Assembly: GCF_045037415.1 (NCBI RefSeq)
Contig: NZ_CP173438.1
From: Escherichia coli
GTDB lineage: Bacteria; Pseudomonadota; Gammaproteobacteria; Enterobacterales; Enterobacteriaceae
Direction: 5' to 3' (one strand)
Length of the DNA: 64,000 bases
Below the pieces are notes generated by a model that saw only the letters and a list, made by a program, of their open reading frames with translations, had not been told where the DNA came from and ran no database searches. Below, in pieces: positions 9,533-18,726 of the stretch. A program made the translations under genes and the position numbers. How positions within the stretch are numbered: position 1 is the first letter of the stretch; every line of letters begins with the position of its first letter.

Positions 9533-9635
9533 AGTGATTCCATTATTTACAGGAGCTAATAACGCCTGATAATTGCGTTACTTCCTGATGGATTACGTTG
9601 AGGGTAATTTATCCCAGAGAGGTCCATAAAGACGC

Positions 9636-10406
9636 GTGAAAAGTATAATTGACCCATCGGCATTATTCATTGATTTAGGCGCGCAGAAACGTCCCACTGT
9701 GATTTCTATTGTTGGTGCTGGGGGGAAAACCAGCTTGCTTTTTTGGCTGGCAGAACTGTTCCAGGCGAGTGGCAGGCGTGTATTAATCACTACGACGACA
9801 CATATGTTTATGCCAACATCTCACTGGCCCGTGGTTTTCTGTCGTGATCCCGCCATGCTTCCTCATGCGTCTTTTATATCCCCCATTTCATTTTGTTTTC
9901 ACTGCTGGAAAGCGAACCAGGGAAAAGTGCAGGGATTTACGCCAGAAGCGATTGATGCACTGGTACAACGACCAGAGTGTGACGTAATTCTCATTGAGGC
10001 AGATGGCTCGCGTGGAATGCCGTTAAAAGCGCCTGATGAGCACGAACCTTGCATACCTAAAAGCAGTTGCTGCGTGATTGCTGTGATGGGAGGACATATT
10101 TTGGGTGCGAAAGTGAGCACAGAAAATGTCCATCGCTGGTCGCAGTTTGCTGATATTACTGGGTTAACACCTGATGCACCCTTGCAACTGAGCGATCTCG
10201 TTGCGCTGGTTCGCCACCCTCAGGGCGCGTTTAAAAACGTACCGCAAGGTTGTCGGCGAGTCTGGTTCATTAACCGTTTTTCTCAATGTGAGAATGCGAT
10301 TGCGCAAAGCGAGCTCCTTCAACCGCTGCAACAACACAACGTAGAGGCAATCTGGCTGGGCGATATACAAGAACATCCTGCAATCGCGCGCAGATTTGTG
10401 AATTAG
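9636..10406 (+). CDS. yqeC: Probable selenium-dependent hydroxylase accessory protein YqeC (P-loop NTPase)
   Basis: 256-aa ORF with a GTG start and Walker A motif VGAGGKTSLL. Recognised as E. coli YqeC. Confidence 0.9.
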   Translation: MKSIIDPSALFIDLGAQKRPTVISIVGAGGKTSLLFWLAELFQASGRRVLITTTTHMFMPTSHWPVVFCRDPAMLPHASFISPISFCFHCWKANQGKVQGFTPEAIDALVQRPECDVILIEADGSRGMPLKAPDEHEPCIPKSSCCVIAVMGGHILGAKVSTENVHRWSQFADITGLTPDAPLQLSDLVALVRHPQGAFKNVPQGCRRVWFINRFSQCENAIAQSELLQPLQQHNVEAIWLGDIQEHPAIARRFVN

Positions 10407-10453
10407 CGGCCCGGGTATTCCGGGTTACTGAAAGGATATCCATTGAGGTTGGT

Positions 10454-12079
10454 ATGAATATTTTCACAGAGGCTGCAAAACTCGAAGAGCAAAATTGTCC
10501 GTTTGCGATGGCGCAAATTGTTGATAGCCGAGGCTCAACCCCCCGCCATTCTGCACAAATGTTAGTGCGCGCCGATGGTTCTATCGTCGGTACAATTGGT
10601 GGCGGAATGGTTGAGCGGAAGGTGATTGAAGAGTCGCTTCAGGCATTGCAGGAACGTAAGCCGCGATTATTCCATGGACGTATGGCTCGTAACGGTGCGG
10701 ATGCTGTCGGGTCAGATTGTGGAGGTGCAATGTCAGTATTTATCAGCGTCCATGGTATGCGTCCACGTCTGGTGTTGATTGGTGCGGGGCATGTCAACCG
10801 GGCGATAGCCCAGAGTGCGGCGCTATTAGGATTTGATATCGCCGTTGCCGATATTTATCGCGAAAGCCTCAATCCTGAACTATTCCCACCATCAACCACG
10901 CTTCTCCATGCTGAGTCGTTTGGTGCGGCAGTGGAAGCACTGGATATTCGCCCTGATAATTTTGTCCTGATTGCCACGAATAATCAGGATCGTGAAGCCC
11001 TCGACAAACTCATTGAACAACCCATTGCATGGCTGGGGTTGCTGGCAAGTCGCCGCAAGGTTCAGCTTTTCCTACACCAATTGCGTGAGAAAGGCGTGGC
11101 TGAAGAACATATTGCCCGTTTACATGCGCCCGTTGGTTACAACATAGGTGCGGAAACGCCGCAGGAGATCGCCATCAGCGTGCTGGCAGAAATATTACAG
11201 GTGAAAAATAACGCGCCGGGTGGGCTGATGATGAAGCCTTCTCATCCTTCCGGACACCAGCTGGTGGTGATTCGCGGTGCGGGGGATATCGCCAGTGGTG
11301 TAGCGCTACGTCTGTATCATGCGGGTTTTAAAGTGATCATGTTGGAAGTGGAAAAACCGACAGTGATTCGTTGTACCGTGGCGTTTGCCCAGGCCGTGTT
11401 CGATGGCGAAATGACGGTCGAAGGCGTCACCGCCCGCCTGGCAACCAGCTCTGCGGAAGCGATGAAACTTACCGAACGCGGATTTATCCCTGTGATGGTA
11501 GATCCCACCTGTTCATTGCTTGATGAACTGAAACCGCTTTGCGTGGTGGACGCTATTCTGGCGAAACAGAATTTGGGAACGCGGGCAGATATGGCACCAG
11601 TAACAATCGCGCTTGGGCCGGGCTTTACTGCAGGGAAGGATTGTCATGCGGTAATTGAAACAAATCGCGGGCACTGGCTCGGTCAGGTGATTTACTCAGG
11701 TTGTGCGCAGGAGAATACCGGTGTTCCCGGCAATATTATGGGGCATACCACCCGACGAGTGATCCGCGCTCCTGCTGCAGGCATTATGCGATCCAACGTG
11801 AAATTAGGCGATCTGGTGAAAGAGGGCGATGTCATTGCCTGGATTGGTGAGCATGAAATTAAAGCACCGTTGACGGGGATGGTGCGTGGCTTGTTGAACG
11901 ACGGACTGGCCGTGGTCGGTGGTTTTAAAATTGGTGATATCGATCCTCGTGGTGAAACGGCTGATTTCACCAGCGTTTCTGATAAAGCCCGGGCGATTGG
12001 CGGCGGCGTACTTGAGGCGTTAATGATGTTGATGCATCAGGGCGTTAAAGCGACAAAAGAAGTGCTGGAAGTGGCTTAA
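10454..12079 (+). CDS. yqeB: Selenium-dependent molybdenum hydroxylase system protein YqeB (XdhC/CoxI-like maturation domain + C-terminal domain)
   Basis: 541-aa ORF. The N-terminal half resembles the XdhC/CoxI Moco-insertion chaperone family with a Rossmann-like segment (LVLIGAGHV). Recognised as E. coli YqeB. Confidence 0.9.
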   Translation: MNIFTEAAKLEEQNCPFAMAQIVDSRGSTPRHSAQMLVRADGSIVGTIGGGMVERKVIEESLQALQERKPRLFHGRMARNGADAVGSDCGGAMSVFISVHGMRPRLVLIGAGHVNRAIAQSAALLGFDIAVADIYRESLNPELFPPSTTLLHAESFGAAVEALDIRPDNFVLIATNNQDREALDKLIEQPIAWLGLLASRRKVQLFLHQLREKGVAEEHIARLHAPVGYNIGAETPQEIAISVLAEILQVKNNAPGGLMMKPSHPSGHQLVVIRGAGDIASGVALRLYHAGFKVIMLEVEKPTVIRCTVAFAQAVFDGEMTVEGVTARLATSSAEAMKLTERGFIPVMVDPTCSLLDELKPLCVVDAILAKQNLGTRADMAPVTIALGPGFTAGKDCHAVIETNRGHWLGQVIYSGCAQENTGVPGNIMGHTTRRVIRAPAAGIMRSNVKLGDLVKEGDVIAWIGEHEIKAPLTGMVRGLLNDGLAVVGGFKIGDIDPRGETADFTSVSDKARAIGGGVLEALMMLMHQGVKATKEVLEVA

Positions 12080-12087
12080 ATGAAAAT

Positions 12088-12113
12088 GGCCGGATGGTAT
12101 TACCCATCCGGCC
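12088..12113. terminator. Bidirectional hairpin between convergent yqeB and yqeA
   Basis: GGCCGGATGG-tatta-CCCATCCGGCC, about a 10-bp GC-rich stem, occupying nearly the whole 40-bp convergent gap. Confidence 0.6.
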
Positions 12114-12119
12114 TTTAAA

Positions 12120-13052
12120 TTACTGACAAATCACCGTTCCGGTTTTGCCTTCAATCCCTTCTTTCGCTTTGCTCAATACGGTAATCAGTGCTTCACGACC
12201 TGCGCGAGAGCGAGCAAACGAGGCGGCAGCTTCCACTTTAGGCAGCATAGAACCTTTCGCAAAATGACCTTCTTCGATAAAGCGTTCAGCATCACTTAAT
12301 GACAGGCGATCGAGCCACTGTTCATTCTCTTTTCCGAAGTTAATGGCCACTTTTTCTACCGCAGTCAGAATGATCAGCATATCGGCATCGATCATTTCTG
12401 CTAAACGGGCACTGGCCCAGTCTTTATCGATAACCGCGCTGGCACCACGCAGATGGTTACCTTCACGAATAACAGGGATACCACCACCGCCAACGGTGAT
12501 CACCACCTGTCCGGCATCTACCAGAGCTTTAACCGTTTCTTTTTCAATGATATCAACCGGTTTTGGCGAAGCAACGACACGACGATAGCCGCGACCCGCA
12601 TCTTCTTTCAGAGTGTAACCCTGTTTTGTCAGTAGCTCTGCTTCTTGCTCGGTAAAGAACGAACCAATCGGCTTGGTCGGGTTGAGGAATGCCGGATCGT
12701 TAGCATCGACTTCGACCTGGGTAACCAGCGTTGCTACAGGTTTATTAATGCCACGAGAAAGCAGTTCTTCTCTTAAGGCGTTTTGTAGATCGTAACCAAT
12801 ATAACCCTGGCTTAAGGCAACACAGACAGACATCGGCAGCATTGGCGAGTGCGCTTCAGTTTTTGCGGCAGCTTCAAAGGCCTGGTTAATCATGCCCACC
12901 TGTGGCCCGTTGCCATGAGTGACGATGACCTCATGTCCCTGGGCAATTAAATCAACAATTGCCTGAGAAGTAATTTTTACCGCTTTCATTTGTCCGGCCA
13001 GGTCATCGCCCAGCGCATTCCCGCCCAGGGCGAGAACAATTTTCTTACTCAT
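12120..13052 (-). CDS. yqeA: Carbamate kinase-like protein YqeA
   Basis: 310-aa ORF with a carbamate kinase family N-terminus (KIVLALGGNAL...HGNGPQVG). Recognised as E. coli YqeA. Confidence 0.95.
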   Translation of the reverse strand: MSKKIVLALGGNALGDDLAGQMKAVKITSQAIVDLIAQGHEVIVTHGNGPQVGMINQAFEAAAKTEAHSPMLPMSVCVALSQGYIGYDLQNALREELLSRGINKPVATLVTQVEVDANDPAFLNPTKPIGSFFTEQEAELLTKQGYTLKEDAGRGYRRVVASPKPVDIIEKETVKALVDAGQVVITVGGGGIPVIREGNHLRGASAVIDKDWASARLAEMIDADMLIILTAVEKVAINFGKENEQWLDRLSLSDAERFIEEGHFAKGSMLPKVEAAASFARSRAGREALITVLSKAKEGIEGKTGTVICQ

Positions 13053-13099
13053 TTTTCCTCACTCATCATTCTTGATTGTGTATAGATCCCTGGCAGTGG

Positions 13100-14485
13100 T
13101 TAGAGCACGGGAGGGACAAACGGTTTGCGTCGCAGGAAACGACCTCGCCCGGCTTTGCCTGTAAAGGTGCCGTCGCAGAAAATCGTTTCACCACGGGATA
13201 AGGTTCTGACAATCGCGCCCTGACAGGTAAAACCCTCCCATGGCGAGTAGTCAGCGTTGTCGTGGAGATGGCGATGCTGAATTTGTTGGCTCTGACGTGG
13301 GTCTATAATCACCACGTCGCCATCGGAACCGGGCGCTAATAATCCTTTTTGTGGCCACAGGCCAAACAGCCTGGCGGGCATTGCACTGGTTAACTCAACA
13401 AAACGCTCCGGTGAGATACGCCCCGTCATCACGCCACTGGAGAACAGCAGTTGCATGCGGTTCTCCACACCGGGTAAGCCATTTGGGCAGCGGCTGAAAT
13501 CGCCTTTAGAAATTTGCAGGCGTTGAGCCATCGAGAAGGTGCAGTGATCGGTTGCCACCACGTCAATCGCACCATCGCTGATGCCACACCACAGTTTGTC
13601 CTGCTCGCGTACGTTACGCAGCGGTGGGCTAAGAATGAACTTCATGCCATCTTCTGTATCGTAACTGCGTTCGTCCAACAGGAGATATTGTGGGCAGGTT
13701 TCAACCCAGACTGGCTGGTGATTCGCACGGGCAAGACGCAGATAATCCAGACCTAAGCCGTTAGACAGGTGCACGATATAGAGCGGGGCGTTACCGGCAA
13801 TTTGTGCCAGGTTAATCATGCGGGCGATGGCTTCCGCTTCGCATTCCAGAGGTCGACTCAAGGCATGATAACGCGGCGCGGTTAACCCTGCGGCGATAAA
13901 CTCCGCCCGCTTGCTGGCGATAGCTGCGTCATTTTCCGGGTGCACGGTGGTCAGCGCGCCGGACTCATGCAAGCGGCGTAATGCCTGCAACACTTCATCA
14001 TCGTTGAGTTTATATTGATAGGTTAAATAGAGTTTAAAACTGCTCAGTCCTTCCTCAACCATCATCGGAATTTCGTCGAGGATAGCGTGATTAATATGTT
14101 GAATGACACCGTGAAAGCTGTAGTCGATGACTGCTTTGTGGGCGGCATAACCGCGATAAACTTCCAGTTGATGGCGTAACCGGCAGCCATTTGGGCCAAA
14201 TCCCATATGGTCAATAATGGTTGTTGTACCGCCACACGCAGCTGCGCGGGTACCGGTAAAAAAATCATCACAACTGCGCGCGATGCCGACATCAATATTG
14301 AAATGCGTATGGACATCCACGCCGCCAGGGAAAACGTAACAGCCAGAGGCATCAATTTCTTCGCAAGGGAGTTGCGGCGAAATATCGGTACCCAACTGGC
14401 GAACAATCCCGCTTTCAATCAGCAAATCCTGCTTCGCCTGTCCATCTGCATTAACAACAATGCCGTTTTTTATCAATACGCGCAT
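13100..14485 (-). CDS. hyuA: D-phenylhydantoinase / dihydropyrimidinase-family cyclic amidohydrolase HyuA (YgeZ)
   Basis: The track ORF is 465 aa from a TTG. I take the ATG at 14485 (MRVLIKNGIVV..., 461 aa), which is preceded by GGAG. The HxH motif GGVDVHTHF is present. Recognised as E. coli HyuA. Confidence 0.93.
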   Translation of the reverse strand: MRVLIKNGIVVNADGQAKQDLLIESGIVRQLGTDISPQLPCEEIDASGCYVFPGGVDVHTHFNIDVGIARSCDDFFTGTRAAACGGTTTIIDHMGFGPNGCRLRHQLEVYRGYAAHKAVIDYSFHGVIQHINHAILDEIPMMVEEGLSSFKLYLTYQYKLNDDEVLQALRRLHESGALTTVHPENDAAIASKRAEFIAAGLTAPRYHALSRPLECEAEAIARMINLAQIAGNAPLYIVHLSNGLGLDYLRLARANHQPVWVETCPQYLLLDERSYDTEDGMKFILSPPLRNVREQDKLWCGISDGAIDVVATDHCTFSMAQRLQISKGDFSRCPNGLPGVENRMQLLFSSGVMTGRISPERFVELTSAMPARLFGLWPQKGLLAPGSDGDVVIIDPRQSQQIQHRHLHDNADYSPWEGFTCQGAIVRTLSRGETIFCDGTFTGKAGRGRFLRRKPFVPPVL

Positions 14486-14495
14486 AGCAAACTCC

Positions 14496-14520
14496 AAAAA
14501 CCCTCCGGTGAACCGGAGGG
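14496..14520 (-). terminator. Intra-operon intrinsic terminator/attenuator-like hairpin between ygeY and hyuA
   Basis: The minus strand reads CCCTCCGG-ttca-CCGGAGGG followed by TTTTT, and this runs directly into the hyuA Shine-Dalgarno GGAG. Confidence 0.55.
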
Positions 14521-14537
14521 GAATAAGTGAAGAGTAA

Positions 14538-15749
14538 TTATTCGGTTGCCAGCCAGCTTAATGGGATTGCAGCGTACATAGCGGCACAGGTTACCAGGTG
14601 AGATTTCCAGGTTTTTTCGTTTGGCGCGTGCGCTTCCGGTTCTTTACCGGGGCCAAAACCGATGACCGGAATGCCGTGGCGACCCATGATGGATACGCCA
14701 TTAGTCGAGAAGGTCCACTTATCAACGACAGGCGCTTTACCAAACAGCCCTTCATAAGCATTCACCAGTGCTTTAACGGTGAAGTGATCTTCTTCCACTT
14801 TCCAGGTCGGGAAGTAGCATTCGGTTGGGTAAACCAGGCCAGTCCAGGACGGGCGGTCGTAGTTGTACATAGAAACGACAGCATTCGCTTTTTGTACTGC
14901 AGGCAGGGCACGGATCTCGTCCAGCGCGCCTTCCCAGGTTTCGCCCCAGGTCAGACGACGGTCGATTGAAACTGCGCAGCTGTCTGCGACAGCGCAACGG
15001 CTTGGGGAGGTGAAGAAAATTTCAGAAACGGTGAGGGTGCCTTTGCCGAGGAATTCGTCATAACCCAGACGTTGGGAGAGTTCTTGTAATTCGCCAAGAA
15101 TCGGACCCATTTTGAAAATGGCGTTATCACCGCGTTCTGGTGCCGAACCGTGGCAGCTAACACCCTGAACATCAATACGAATTTCCATACGACCGCGTTG
15201 ACCACGGTATACCTGGCAGTCGGTTGGTTCGGTACTGACCACAAATTCCGGGCGAATGCCGGATTGTTCAATAATGTACTGCCAGCACAGGCCGTCGCAG
15301 TCTTCTTCCTGCACAGTACCGGTAACCAGCAGGGTATATTCATCTTCCAGACCGAGATCTTTAATGATTTTACCGGCATATACCATAGACGCCATGCCGC
15401 CTTCCTGGTCGGAAGTACCACGACCACCGATCAGCTCGTCGGTTTCCATGCCTTCATACGGATCGAAGTCCCAGTTTTTGATGTTGCCAATGCCGACTGT
15501 ATCGATATGAGCGTCCATTGCCACCAGACGCGGGCCGTGGCCGATATAACCGAGAACGTTGCCCATTGGGTCGATTTCAACTTTATCGAAGCCGACTTTT
15601 TCCATCTCTTCTTTAATACGATGTACTACGCGTTTCTCGTCGCAGCTTTCACTGGGAATAGCAACCATATCGCGCAGGAAGCGAGTCATGTCTGCCTGGT
15701 AATCTTTTGCTTTTTCAAGAATCAGTTTGAATGGAATATTCTTAGCCAT
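14538..15749 (-). CDS. ygeY: M20-family (ArgE/DapE/CPG2-like) metallo-hydrolase YgeY
   Basis: 403-aa ORF with M20 peptidase motifs (AHIDTV, SDQEGG, GTVQEED). Recognised as E. coli YgeY. Confidence 0.95.
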
Positions 15750-15806
15750 TATTTTTCTCCAGATTTTTTACTCCCCGTTTTGCAGGGAGCAGTTCCAATA
15801 GGGTGA

Positions 15807-17003
15807 TTAAGGTGCTACAGCGTGTTTGCCTTCCCAGACAACTTCGCGGTAGTGCTTCACGTCGGTGTCGCCTTCAGTGCTGATAACCAGCACCACGGCA
15901 TCTTTGTTCAGCGCCAGTTTTTCCATCAGGCTTTGACGTTGCGGGTGATAATGAACCGCTGCGAGAACGCCCAAACCGACAGCGCCGGATTCACCGGAGA
16001 TGATGCGCGGGTCGTTGCCGTACGGATTACCCAGCACGCGCATACCTAATGCGGCAACGCTGTCCTGGCAGGAGATGAATTGGGTGGCGCAGTTACGTAG
16101 GATTTCCCAGCCCAGCGGGTTAGGTTCGCCGCAGGCCAGGCCCGCCATGATGGTGGCCATATCACCGCCAACGTTGACGATGTCGCCTTTGACGCCGGAG
16201 CGATAAATACAGTCAGCTTTGTCAGGTTCAACAATAATGCTGTGCAGATTTTGCGGGCTATAGACGTCGACCAGATAACCCAGCACACCACCGGCCATTG
16301 CACCGACACCTGCTTGCAGCAGAACGTGTGTCGGGGTTACGCCCATTTCACGCATTTGCTCGACGGCTTCATCCGCCAGTGTTGCGTAGCCTTGCATGAT
16401 CCAGGTTGGGATTTTGGTGTAACCTTCCCATGCCGTGTCCTGTACCACTTCCCAGCCGTGCTGCTGCGCGTGTTGCATGGTCAGGCGAACGGTATCGTCA
16501 TAGTTCATATCCGTGACGATGCACTCGGCACCGAGGTTTAGAATGGCGTCAACGCGTTCCTGAGCAGAACCTTTCGGCATGTAAATCACCGCATTCTGTC
16601 CGAGTTGCTGAGCGGCCCATGCCACACCGCGCCCGTGGTTGCCGTCGGTGGTGGTCGCGAAAGTCATTTTTTCGCCAATGGCATTTTTCAGGTGCTCAAA
16701 TGATAGCGTTTCGATATCAAGATGATATTTTTCACACAATAATTGAGCGATGGCGTATGCGCCGCCGAGCATTTTGAAGGCGTTCAGACCGAAGCGTTTT
16801 GATTCGTCCTTAACGAGAATTTTCTTTACACCAAACAGGTTTGCGAGATCGTCCAGCGCACAAAGCGGTGTTGGGCGATAACCAGCAATTTTCTGGTGGA
16901 ACTGGCGTGCCAGTTTTGCCTGGCTTTGCGAAAAAAGCGGTGATGTTTCGCCGTTGAAAAATTTGTTATCGGCGATATCAATCTTTAATGAGAAAACGGA
17001 CAT
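15807..17003 (-). CDS. ygeX: PLP-dependent 2,3-diaminopropionate ammonia-lyase YgeX (DpaL)
   Basis: 398-aa ORF with the PLP-lysine context GLNAFKMLGG. Recognised as E. coli YgeX/DpaL. Confidence 0.95.
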   Translation of the reverse strand: MSVFSLKIDIADNKFFNGETSPLFSQSQAKLARQFHQKIAGYRPTPLCALDDLANLFGVKKILVKDESKRFGLNAFKMLGGAYAIAQLLCEKYHLDIETLSFEHLKNAIGEKMTFATTTDGNHGRGVAWAAQQLGQNAVIYMPKGSAQERVDAILNLGAECIVTDMNYDDTVRLTMQHAQQHGWEVVQDTAWEGYTKIPTWIMQGYATLADEAVEQMREMGVTPTHVLLQAGVGAMAGGVLGYLVDVYSPQNLHSIIVEPDKADCIYRSGVKGDIVNVGGDMATIMAGLACGEPNPLGWEILRNCATQFISCQDSVAALGMRVLGNPYGNDPRIISGESGAVGLGVLAAVHYHPQRQSLMEKLALNKDAVVLVISTEGDTDVKHYREVVWEGKHAVAP

Positions 17004-17060
17004 ATCCTATCCTTTTGGCCTCTGGAAATAGAGGGCCGACCAGCTGATCGGCCCGAGGGG

Positions 17061-18251
17061 TTATTTCACGCGTTCTTGCGCTTCTTTCAGCAGTTGCTCG
17101 AGCAGTGCACCTGGTTTGGCGTATTTACGGGACAGGATCATCGCGGCGATGATATAAGGCTTCCAGCTGGCTTCTTTGTAGGTAGCGATACGGTATTTTT
17201 CGAATACGCCTTCAGTCACTTCACCTTCTTTGCAGGATACGCCGCTGATATCAGCTGGCAGGCAGTGCATGTACAGGGCTTCGCCATCACGGGTCAGCTC
17301 CATCATCTCTTCGGTACAATGCCAGTCTTTGTGCTGTGCGTTCTGTGCCAGACACTGTTTTTCCAGCGCTTTCAGTCCTTCGTGATCGTTCGCACGCAGC
17401 AGTTCAGTACGCTCTTCCATCACTTTGTAAGGTGCCCAGGACTTCGGATAAACGATGTCTGCGTCTTTGAAGGCTTCTTCCATGCTGGTGACCTGACGGA
17501 AGCTACCACCGGAGGCTTTAGCATTGTTTTTAGCAACTTCAACGACATCCGGGATCAGGTCGTAGCCTTCCGGATGGGCCAGGGTGACATCCATACCGAA
17601 GCGGGTCATCAGACCGATGATGCCTTGTGGTACAGAGAGCGGTTTGCCATAGCTTGGGGAGTAGGCCCAGGTCATGGCGATTTTTTTACCTTTCAGGTTT
17701 TCCAGTGAACCAAAGTGTTCACGTAACCATGCCAGATCAGCCATTGATTGAGTCGGGTGGTCAATATCGCATTGCAGGTTCACTAAAGCCGGACGCTGCG
17801 GCAGCACACCCTGCTTGTAACCGTCATCAAGTGCAGCGCCAACTTCACGCATATAGGCGTTGCCTGCGCCCAGATACATATCGTCGCGAATACCGATAGC
17901 GTCAGCGCAGAAGGAGATCATATTGGCGGTTTCACGCACGGTTTCGCCGTGAGCGATTTGTGATTTACCTTCGTCAAGATCTTGTTGTGCAAGGCCGAGC
18001 AGGTTAAGCGCGGAAGCATAAGAGAAGCGGGTACGGGTGGAATTGTCGCGGAATACGGAAATACCTAATCCACTATTAAAGACTTTGGTTGAGATGTTTT
18101 CAGCACGCAGTGCTTTTAACGCGGCGGCAACGTCCAGTACTTGTTTCAGTTCGTCTGGCGTCTGTTCCCACGTTAACAAAAAATCTTTTTCATGCAGGTG
18201 AGAGGTCAGCGAATTGATATCCTTAATCAGCTCATTAACAGTTTTCATCAT
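17061..18251 (-). CDS. ygeW: Knotted carbamoyltransferase YgeW (ATCase/OTCase fold, physiological substrate unresolved)
   Basis: 396-aa ORF with the carbamoyl-phosphate binding STRTR motif (NSTRTRFS) and HCLP motif (MHCLPA). Recognised as E. coli YgeW. Confidence 0.95.
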   Translation of the reverse strand: MMKTVNELIKDINSLTSHLHEKDFLLTWEQTPDELKQVLDVAAALKALRAENISTKVFNSGLGISVFRDNSTRTRFSYASALNLLGLAQQDLDEGKSQIAHGETVRETANMISFCADAIGIRDDMYLGAGNAYMREVGAALDDGYKQGVLPQRPALVNLQCDIDHPTQSMADLAWLREHFGSLENLKGKKIAMTWAYSPSYGKPLSVPQGIIGLMTRFGMDVTLAHPEGYDLIPDVVEVAKNNAKASGGSFRQVTSMEEAFKDADIVYPKSWAPYKVMEERTELLRANDHEGLKALEKQCLAQNAQHKDWHCTEEMMELTRDGEALYMHCLPADISGVSCKEGEVTEGVFEKYRIATYKEASWKPYIIAAMILSRKYAKPGALLEQLLKEAQERVK

Positions 18252-18340
18252 AAAGTCCCGATAGTGGAATGACAGGCAAAGTGGTTTATTTCACTGTGAC
18301 GTGCCAAAGTGATTGGTGTTTTCACAGCTATACCTCGGAC

Positions 18341-18358
18341 TAACAATAAGTGTGCCAG
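18341..18358 (-). promoter_or_regulatory. Candidate sigma54 promoter for the ygeW-ygeX-ygeY-hyuA-yqeA operon
   Basis: The minus strand reads TGGCAC-actta-TTGTT, a perfect -24 element with correct spacing, but the -12 is TTGT rather than TTGC. It is about 95 nt upstream of the ygeW ATG. A second GTGCCA at 18301..18306 has a poorer -12. Confidence 0.25.
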
Positions 18359-18609
18359 AATTATCCACGCGGCTGCGAAAGGCTAATTTGACGGATAATG
18401 TGTGGGGTTGATCACATATTGATGCCAGTTTCCGGTTGTTTGTAAAATACGAAAACGTTTGGCTTTTTTTATTACGTTATTTATTTGCTGCTAAGTATCA
18501 GAAATAAGATAAAGAGGCAGGCTATCTCTCTTCAGTTTGATAAACTTGCCGCTGTAATTCTCATATTGATATAGAAATGTGATATCTCTTCCATAATTTT
18601 ATTAGAAAG

Positions 18610-18634
18610 TGATAAAAATCTTATGTTTTTATCA
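18610..18634. promoter_or_regulatory. Perfect 9-bp inverted repeat in the ygeW/ygeV divergent control region (possible operator/UAS)
   Basis: TGATAAAAA-tcttatg-TTTTTATCA, about 95 bp upstream of the ygeV ATG. The function is not known to me. Confidence 0.3.
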
Positions 18635-18726
18635 AAGCCAATTTCGCCTGAGTTAATATCATCATGATCTGTGAACCATCAACGTCTTCAATGATCGACT
18701 TTTAAGTAAGTCTGGAAGGTAAAGCT

